IMG/VR virus record: IMGVR_UViG_2541047794_000004
DNA: 16,422 nucleotides
From: a virus
Taxonomy: Duplodnaviria; Heunggongvirae; Uroviricota; Caudoviricetes
Strand: one strand, 5' to 3'
Shown: positions 9,367-16,422 of the stretch, one piece after another
Layout: each line of letters starts with the position of its first letter
Position numbering within the stretch: position 1 is the stretch's first letter
Notes under the pieces: generated by a model
Database searches by the model: none
Seen by the model: the letters and a program-made list of their open reading frames with translations, nothing else
Told to the model about the DNA's origin: nothing
Made by a program: the position numbers and the translations under genes

Positions 9367-9705
9367 TTATTTACATGCATTAACACTATCAGCAAAAATT
9401 TTTGGCGTTAATGCTGGTACACGTTCATAAAGAGTAAAACTACTGCCATTTCCTGCTTTTTTGATATCAAGCACAACATCATATCCCCCCATAGCCTGTG
9501 GAACTAAAAGGCTTACCCCATTCTCAATAGGAAGGGATGTTATAGGTGTTCCATTACCAGCCCATTGTCTGGATATGCAGCCTGACAATTCATCAATATT
9601 TTTTAATGAATTACCTTCCATTACAGGTTTTCCGGATTTTACGTAATCCAAAGACTTACATCCTGTTAAGGCAATAATCGTGCAGAATAAAATCGTTTTG
9701 TTCAT
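9367..9705 (-). CDS. Predicted lipoprotein (about 112 aa) of unknown function; moron inserted between I and J
   Basis: Signal peptide with lipobox MNKTILFCTIIALTGC (L-T-G-C). Low GC. Promoter-like AT-rich upstream region and its own terminator. Track ORF begins at an upstream TTG (9717); ATG at 9703-9705 preferred. Confidence 0.6.
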   Translation of the reverse strand: MNKTILFCTIIALTGCKSLDYVKSGKPVMEGNSLKNIDELSGCISRQWAGNGTPITSLPIENGVSLLVPQAMGGYDVVLDIKKAGNGSSFTLYERVPALTPKIFADSVNACK

Positions 9706-9717
9706 ATAGCTAACCAA

Positions 9718-9777
9718 TAGAATAATTATCAGTGTTCGATATAAATATTAAATCAGTTAGAACATGAGTAAATAATA
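9718..9777 (-). promoter_or_regulatory. AT-rich intergenic region upstream of the lipoprotein gene; possible promoter (TGATAAT element around 9724-9731)
   Basis: About 60 bp of very AT-rich sequence between the I stop and the lipoprotein start, containing extended -10-like TGATAAT on the minus strand. No clear -35; weak prediction. Confidence 0.25.
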
Positions 9778-10419
9778 TTACCGCCCAATTACCACAACCT
9801 GACCACCATCCCCTTCATCTGCCGTGCTGATCTCCTGAGATGCCACACGTGACCCCACGCGCATTTCACCGTACAGAACAGGCAGGACATTGCCCTGGGC
9901 AACCATGTTATCCAGTGAGGAGAAATAGGTGTTCTGTTTGCCGTTATCCGTTGTCTGTGTACGGGGAGTTCTGGCTTTCGGTGCCAGCATCTGCGCCACA
10001 CCACCAAGCGTCATCGCCGCACCCATTGAAAAGAGAATGTCACTGAAAGCGATACTGATCCCCGGCATCCAGATTGCCGTAGCAATCAACGCCGCACCCA
10101 GCACCGCCTGAAACACACCGCCACTTTTTGCTCCCGCAAGACGCGGCACGATGTGGATCACGGCACCATTTGCCAGCGGCTCATTAAGACGGGATGATAA
10201 TTCGGTTTCTCCTGCATCCCGCCCGGCAATCCGTACCTGATACCAGCCATCGCTCAGTTTCTGACGAAACGCCGGGAGCTGTGTGGCCAGTGCCCGGATG
10301 GCTTCAGCCCCCGTTTTCACACGAAGGTCGATGCGGCGGCCAAATCGTTGCAAATCCCCGTAAAGGCAGATGCGTGCCATTCCCGGTGACGCCAGAGGGA
10401 GTGTGTGCGTCGCTGCCAT
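9778..10419 (-). CDS. I: Tail assembly protein I (213 aa)
   Basis: MAATHTLPLASPGMARICLYGDLQRFGRRIDLRVKTGAEAIRALATQLPAFRQKLSDGWYQVRIAGRD... and C-terminus ...EISTADEGDGGQVVVIGR match lambda gpI as I recall it. Overlaps the 3' end of K by about 100 nt. Confidence 0.9.
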   Translation of the reverse strand: MAATHTLPLASPGMARICLYGDLQRFGRRIDLRVKTGAEAIRALATQLPAFRQKLSDGWYQVRIAGRDAGETELSSRLNEPLANGAVIHIVPRLAGAKSGGVFQAVLGAALIATAIWMPGISIAFSDILFSMGAAMTLGGVAQMLAPKARTPRTQTTDNGKQNTYFSSLDNMVAQGNVLPVLYGEMRVGSRVASQEISTADEGDGGQVVVIGR

Positions 10420-11060
10420 TTGTCGGTATACCTCTCTCGTTTACTCAGTTGTTCAGGAATATGGTGCAGCAGCTCACCGTCGCCGCAGTAAATGGCGGCG
10501 TGATTCGGCACCGATGAACCAAAACAGCACAGCAGCACATCGCCCGGCTGCGCCTCTGTCAGTGCGACACGGTAAAAACCAGTAGCCTCCATATTGTCAA
10601 GATAGAGATTCTGACCGTGACGCCACCAGTCATCCCCGCGATGAAAATCCGGCATCTCAATCCCCGCCAGATGGTAAGCATCCCGGAACAGTGTGTAACA
10701 GTCCGTCACCCCGTACTCAAAGCGCCGCCCGGTGAGATGCGGCACACAGCGGAACTTGTGAATCGCCCCCCGGCAGACCAGCCACCACGGCAAATCGCTC
10801 TGCACCTGCAGCCGCCGGTCGGCCTCACTCAGCCAGGGCAGACCACCGGGGTGGCTGTGGACCAGCGCCACAATCTCACCCTGCATTTCTGCCTGCAGCC
10901 AGTCTTCCGGCGACATACGGAAATACGCCTCCGGCTCACCGGAGATATTCACGCAGGGAAAATATCTTTCCCCCTCCGGCGTTCTCACCACGAAGCCGCA
11001 CGACTCCGCTGGCGCGCATCGCCGGGCGTGCGCCAGAATCGCTGATTCTGTCTCTGTCAT
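10317..11060 (-). CDS. K: Tail assembly protein K (JAMM/MPN+ plus NlpC/P60-like domains), about 247 aa from ATG 11058-11060
   Basis: MTETESAILAHARRCAPAESCGFVV... matches the lambda gpK N-terminus. JAMM motif HSHPGGLPWLSEAD (HxHx7SxxD) and a Cys-containing DCYTLF segment are present. The ATG at 11060 lies 5 nt downstream of the L stop; the track ORF extends 14 codons further upstream and overlaps L. Confidence 0.88.
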   Translation of the reverse strand: MTETESAILAHARRCAPAESCGFVVRTPEGERYFPCVNISGEPEAYFRMSPEDWLQAEMQGEIVALVHSHPGGLPWLSEADRRLQVQSDLPWWLVCRGAIHKFRCVPHLTGRRFEYGVTDCYTLFRDAYHLAGIEMPDFHRGDDWWRHGQNLYLDNMEATGFYRVALTEAQPGDVLLCCFGSSVPNHAAIYCGDGELLHHIPEQLSKRERYTDKWQRRTHSLWRHREWHASAFTGICNDLAAASTFV

Positions 11061-11064
11061 GGGA

Positions 11065-11763
11065 TTACTGCGAAAGTTTGTTAATGGAAAGGAAGCCGCC
11101 AAAGTTGCCGACGTTATTGCGAAACTTACAGCCGCTCAGGCATTTGCTGCATTTATCCTTCGTGATATCGGACGTCGGCTGATCATATTCATCCGCGACC
11201 GCCGGACCGCTATAACCGCACTCATCGCCGCGATAGGTCCAGGTGCAGGTGTTGGCCAGCATGATACGTCCCGGAAAAACAGCGCCATCCGTTTCCGTCG
11301 GCGTGGACAGTACAAAAGAGGCACTGACTGCGCTCAGTTCGCTGCACTGCTCGATGCGCCAGCGGCTGATCACCTCCTGCTCCGGATCGGCGTCACGGTT
11401 TCCGTTGACGAAGTTCACCGCATCCAGAAAACGGGCGTAGACCTTACGCCGGACCACCGTTCCGCCGACCAGACTCTGCAGATCTTCCGCCATCCCGGTG
11501 ACCATACCGTACAGGTTAGAAACCGTCAGCGTGGGGCGCGTACTGGTGCCTTTGCCATTCAGTTCAAAACCACTCCCCTGAATGGGATACGGCTGATACT
11601 GTCGCCCCTGCCAGGTGACCGGCTCACCTTTTTCGTTCTGCTCATTACAGAAAAAATAACGTTCTCCACCGACCTCTGTCAGATCGATTTCCCAGAGCAC
11701 CACGCTGGCCGACTGCTCCGCACGGGTGCATTCATTCAGTGTTTCCTGTTGGATATCCTGCAT
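11065..11763 (-). CDS. L: Minor tail protein L (232 aa)
   Basis: MQDIQQETLNECTRAEQSASVVLWEIDLTEVGGERYFFCNEQNEKGEPVTWQGRQYQPYPIQGSGFELNGKG... matches lambda gpL. Start ATG overlaps the M stop (ATGA). Confidence 0.93.
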   Translation of the reverse strand: MQDIQQETLNECTRAEQSASVVLWEIDLTEVGGERYFFCNEQNEKGEPVTWQGRQYQPYPIQGSGFELNGKGTSTRPTLTVSNLYGMVTGMAEDLQSLVGGTVVRRKVYARFLDAVNFVNGNRDADPEQEVISRWRIEQCSELSAVSASFVLSTPTETDGAVFPGRIMLANTCTWTYRGDECGYSGPAVADEYDQPTSDITKDKCSKCLSGCKFRNNVGNFGGFLSINKLSQ

Positions 11764-12092
11764 CAGTTCACCACCTGTTCAAACTCTGCGCTGAACTCAA
11801 CACGCAGCATACTGACCCGCGACGACCATTTTGCGCAGGTCACCTTTATCTGCCGCCACTCATAAGGCGGCGTCCACAGAAAGGATTTCCAGCCCCCGTG
11901 CTCAGCCAGAAACGACTCAAGTGCCGTGGCCTCCTCGCGGGAGACAGAAAGCGTCACGCTGTACGTTTTCAGGTCAGCGTTCAGCCCGGCAGGCGCACGC
12001 TGGGAATAGCCATCACCAAAGCGCACCTTTCTTACGGAAGGGGCCGAAGCCACATCCATACCGGGTTTCACTTTCCAGCGGAAGGTCTTCAT
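11763..12092 (-). CDS. M: Minor tail protein M (109 aa)
   Basis: MKTFRWKVKPGMDVASAPSVRKVRFGDGYSQRAPAGLNADLKTYSVTLSVSREEATALESFLAEHGGWKSFLWTPP... matches lambda gpM. Start overlaps the H stop (ATGA). Confidence 0.93.
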   Translation of the reverse strand: MKTFRWKVKPGMDVASAPSVRKVRFGDGYSQRAPAGLNADLKTYSVTLSVSREEATALESFLAEHGGWKSFLWTPPYEWRQIKVTCAKWSSRVSMLRVEFSAEFEQVVN

Positions 12093-14662
12093 CGTCCACC
12101 TCCGGAGAACAGACCACCATCGCGCATCTGCCCGGTCACAACATCCATTGCCGCCTTACGGGCTACGTCATAAACAGCCTTCAGTGCCTGTGGCCCTATC
12201 TGACCGTTCGTGCCGTCGTTGTTAATCACCACATGGTTATTCTGCTCAAACGTCCCGGACGCCTGCGACCGGCTGTCCGCCATGCTGCCCTGTGTACCGA
12301 CATAACCGCCGGTGGCATAGCCGCGCATCAGCCGGTAGAGATTTCCCACGCCAATCCGGCTGGTTGCCTCCTTCGTGAAGACAAATTCACCACGGTGAAC
12401 AATCCCCGCTGGCTCATATTTGCCGCCGGTTCCCGTAAATCCTCCGGTTGCAAAATGGAATTTCGCCGCAGCGGCCTGAATGGCTGTACCGCCTGACGCG
12501 GATGCGCCGCCACCAACAGCCCCGCCAATGGCGCTGCCGATACTCCCGACAATCCCCACCATTGCCTGCTTAAGCAGAATTTCTGTCATCATGGACAGCA
12601 CGGAACGGGTGAAGCTGCGCCAGTTCTGTTCGCTGCCGGTCAGCATCGCCGCCATATTCTGTGCAATACCATCAAAGGTCTGCGTGGCCACACTTTTAAC
12701 CTGCGAAAAACTGTCCGTCGCACTTTCCGCCCACTCTCCCCAGCCGGACTTCATCCCGGCCATCCAGCTTCCACGAAGCTGCTCCTCCGCAGACCAGGTG
12801 TTCTTCAGTGCAGATGTGGCCTTCGCCAGCGCAGCCGGATTATCACCGTACACCTCACGAAGGCGCTGCTCTTCCGACTCCCGCTGCGCCTGACGGTCGG
12901 TGAGGCCGCGGGCTTTTGCGCTGATTGCCGCCTGCTTCGCGCTTTGCTGCTGTTCAAACCACGCCGCCTGCTGTGCCAGCTCATTCAGCCGCTTCTGGTG
13001 TTCAATCTTGTCTCCCAGCTCAGCCAGCTGGCGTTTGTACTCCAGCGTCTCTTTCTCATGAGCCAGCAGGGATTTTTCCTGCTCAGATAACTGCCGTTTC
13101 GTGGCGGCCTCTTTCAGGACCACATACTGATTTTCCGCTTTCCATAAATCACGGCGCTGCTGGCTGATTTTTTCATTCGCACCGCTGTGCTTCTCCAGCG
13201 TCCTGAGCTCAGTTTCAAGCGCCAGCAGGGCTGCATGCGCCTGGTCTTCCTGGCGCTCACCGGCAGACACCTTCACACCGGACGGCTTTTTCTGCGTCGA
13301 CTCATAATCCTTTTTTGCCGACGCCATCAGCGTGTTGTAATCCGCCTGCAGGATTTTCCCGTCTTTCAGGGCCTTATTCAGCTCTTCCTGCCGGGCGGTA
13401 TATTTCTCCAGTGGCGTCAGCAGGCGCTCATACGCCTTCTGCGCCTCTCCGGTATACTTCAGCTGTGACGACTCACGCTCAGCCCTGTCCCTTGCCGCCA
13501 GTTCACCGGCTTTTTCCATATCCGACTGCAGCGTTGCCGCTGCCAGACCCAGACGGGCATTTTCCCGGTCATCCCATGCGCCCTGAAGGTTGGCCCGGAA
13601 AGAGGAGGTTTTACCGCGGCGCTGGCTCCGACTCTGGTACCACTGCCATTTTTTGTCCGCCTCATCAAATGCCTTCTGTGCACTGGCGAGCATATCCGCT
13701 GAGGATTCCGGACGACCGATATCCAGAATGGCATCCCACATCGATTTGAATGCCTTCCCTGTTTTATCCGCCCAGGTCTCCAGTGTTCCCATGTTTTCTT
13801 TCAGGCGACGGGTCTGCTCATCAAAGCCTTTCGTGGCGATATCGTTCGCCGCCTGTAAGGCCCCGGCCTCGTCTCCGGAACGCTGCAGTTGTGCAACATA
13901 CGCAATCTGCTCTGCCGTCACGTTACGGAACTGGCGCGCCATCGCCATCAGTCCCGACGTCGGGTCAGTGGTCAGCTTCCCGAAGGCTTCAGCGACTTTA
14001 TCCACCTCCACACCGGATGCAGACGCAAAACGCGCGACACTCTGGTTAATGGCATCAAACTGTTCACCACCACGCACACCGGCATTCACCAGGGCTGCCA
14101 GTGACTCTCTCGCCTGGTTAAACGTCAGCCCTGCTGCCTGCCCGGCTCTTGAGAGCGTCAGCATACGATCGGCAGTCAGTCCGGCCTGATTGCCGGAAAG
14201 GACCAGCGTTTTATTAAATTCTGAAAGCGTGGCGTCGCCCTGGTACCAGGCGTACGCCAGCGCACCTGTCGCCACCACCAGCGAGGTGACCCCGACCATC
14301 GGCAGGGTGATCGCACCGGCAAGCCCCCTGAACATGGGGATCATCCCGCCGAAGGAGTCCTTCACCTGACCGCCCTGTTGCAGCAGGATCAACCAGGGAT
14401 TCTGACCACCGGCAAGCTGCGTGGCGATATCCGTAAACTGTGCGGGCAGGGTTCGCATGGCCGCTTTATACTGCCCGACGGAAATCCCGGCTTTTTGTGC
14501 AGCCAGCGCCTGGCGGCTCAGGCCCTGTTCAACAGCACTGGCGGTTTTTCTGGCGTCGGTATCCAGACCTGAAAAATGACGCCTTACCCGGCTCATCTGC
14601 TCATCGAAACGGACAGCATCCAGACTAAGGTCAATAACAAGATCACCAACCGGCTGGGACAT
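12089..14662 (-). CDS. H: Tail tape measure protein H (857 aa)
   Basis: MSQPVGDLVIDLSLDAVRFDEQMSRVRRHFSG... through ...TQMRDGGLFSGGGR matches lambda gpH (about 853 aa) along its length as I recall it. Position between G-T and M is as in lambda. Confidence 0.95.
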   Translation of the reverse strand: MSQPVGDLVIDLSLDAVRFDEQMSRVRRHFSGLDTDARKTASAVEQGLSRQALAAQKAGISVGQYKAAMRTLPAQFTDIATQLAGGQNPWLILLQQGGQVKDSFGGMIPMFRGLAGAITLPMVGVTSLVVATGALAYAWYQGDATLSEFNKTLVLSGNQAGLTADRMLTLSRAGQAAGLTFNQARESLAALVNAGVRGGEQFDAINQSVARFASASGVEVDKVAEAFGKLTTDPTSGLMAMARQFRNVTAEQIAYVAQLQRSGDEAGALQAANDIATKGFDEQTRRLKENMGTLETWADKTGKAFKSMWDAILDIGRPESSADMLASAQKAFDEADKKWQWYQSRSQRRGKTSSFRANLQGAWDDRENARLGLAAATLQSDMEKAGELAARDRAERESSQLKYTGEAQKAYERLLTPLEKYTARQEELNKALKDGKILQADYNTLMASAKKDYESTQKKPSGVKVSAGERQEDQAHAALLALETELRTLEKHSGANEKISQQRRDLWKAENQYVVLKEAATKRQLSEQEKSLLAHEKETLEYKRQLAELGDKIEHQKRLNELAQQAAWFEQQQSAKQAAISAKARGLTDRQAQRESEEQRLREVYGDNPAALAKATSALKNTWSAEEQLRGSWMAGMKSGWGEWAESATDSFSQVKSVATQTFDGIAQNMAAMLTGSEQNWRSFTRSVLSMMTEILLKQAMVGIVGSIGSAIGGAVGGGASASGGTAIQAAAAKFHFATGGFTGTGGKYEPAGIVHRGEFVFTKEATSRIGVGNLYRLMRGYATGGYVGTQGSMADSRSQASGTFEQNNHVVINNDGTNGQIGPQALKAVYDVARKAAMDVVTGQMRDGGLFSGGGR

Positions 14663-15514
14663 ATCTCACACCTCCCGGAATCCCCGCTGAAGCCATCATT
14701 AATGCGGCATCATCCACCATGACATCCGCCACATCCGCAGACGATAAAATATCGCGCCCTCCGTCCCCACCGAACCGGACGCCTCCGGCAAGTCCTGCCG
14801 CTTTCTGCATCAGCATTTTGTCCTCATCCGGCCTCTCCACCTGCTCTTCCTCATGCCGGGGGACAAGCAGACTGAAATCAGAGGGATGCATATCCGGATC
14901 GCAAAAAAACAGGCTGAGTACAGCGTACGTCAGCCCGGAAAAATGCATATCCAGCTGGGTATCCTGAAAATAATGCGTGCGGTAAAAACGGTGCCAGTCG
15001 GCATATTCGGTGGATGTCATCCCGGCAAGCATGGCGCGCCAGTCGGGTCTCCCCATCTCACGCGCCAGTCTGAGGGCAAAGTTCAGCTCGCCGTCGAAGA
15101 CTTTCCCGCAGAAAAATCATCATCAGTCAGCGTGTTATTTTTCGCCACTTCAGTAATATCAGTATCCGGACGAACAGCTTCGATCATCCCGGACAGGCAC
15201 AACACCACGTCTTCCGCCCGGGCAATGGCATCGGCAGGCCAGGTGGTGAGCACTTCCTGCTCTATCTTCATCACGGCCTCATTCATTGACGGTGACTGCG
15301 TTTTCTGTGGATGGTTATGCCACAGGGACATCGCCACCAGAAACGCGCCGGTTCTGACGAGATCTTCCACGCTTACCTGCAGGTTGCCGCAGGATTCTGC
15401 CTGTTCTGCACGCCGTTTCAGGAGGGCAAGATGCTCGATACGCTGCAGCGCAGACAATTCGGAAAGCGTGACAGACACACCGTTATATTCAAATTGTTCT
15501 GTTTTCAGAAACAT
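14643..15514 (-). CDS. T: Tail assembly chaperone G-T fusion made by programmed -1 ribosomal frameshift (G frame 15514..about 15101, then T frame to 14643)
   Basis: The T frame (MGRPDWRAMLAGMTSTEYADWHRFYRTHYFQD...) is at -1 relative to G (coordinate modulo-3 check). Slippery heptamer GGGAAAG sits at the G codons A-G-K near the end of G. Matches the lambda G/G-T arrangement. Confidence 0.85.
15083..15514 (-). CDS. G: Tail assembly chaperone G (143 aa)
   Basis: MFLKTEQFEYNGVSVTLSELSALQRIEHLALLKRRAEQAES...LVAMSLWHNHPQKTQ... matches lambda gpG as I recall it. Confidence 0.92.
   Translation of the reverse strand: MFLKTEQFEYNGVSVTLSELSALQRIEHLALLKRRAEQAESCGNLQVSVEDLVRTGAFLVAMSLWHNHPQKTQSPSMNEAVMKIEQEVLTTWPADAIARAEDVVLCLSGMIEAVRPDTDITEVAKNNTLTDDDFSAGKSSTAS
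15101..15107 (-). other. Programmed -1 frameshift slippery site G GGA AAG (G to G-T)
   Basis: Plus-strand ctttccc at 15101-15107 is GGGAAAG on the minus strand, in the G frame as gcg-GGA-AAG, 6 codons before the G stop. Confidence 0.8.
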
Positions 15515-15527
15515 GTATTACCTCCGT

Positions 15528-16422
<895 letters not shown>

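Noticed and set aside
11059-12496. Plus-strand ORFs of 268 aa and 221 aa opposite L, M and H
   Set aside because: Antisense to confidently identified tail genes; no motifs or start signals.

Overview
This window is the tail-morphogenesis end of a lambda-like (lambdoid) prophage, almost entirely encoded on the minus strand. Reading the minus strand from right to left the order is: V (5' end apparently interrupted by an IS21-family element at the right edge), G, G-T (programmed -1 frameshift at a conserved GGGAAAG), H (tape measure), M, L, K, I, an AT-rich lipoprotein moron, J, lom, stf (full length, with a long Ala/Ser/Thr-rich repeat tract) and tfa. Left of tfa lies an AT-rich cargo region: a plus-strand orphan class I SAM-dependent methyltransferase bracketed by two roughly 215 bp direct repeats of the tfa 3' end, a short Tfa-like ORF and a small unidentified ORF. 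Protein identifications rest on my recollection of phage lambda proteins and on motifs visible in the ORF translations; no database search was run. The ORF track uses alternative start codons (GTG/TTG shown as M), so several starts were moved to the nearest ATG with a plausible ribosome-binding site. The best candidates for undescribed biology are the two low-GC morons: the methyltransferase and the lipoprotein next to the receptor-binding gene J.
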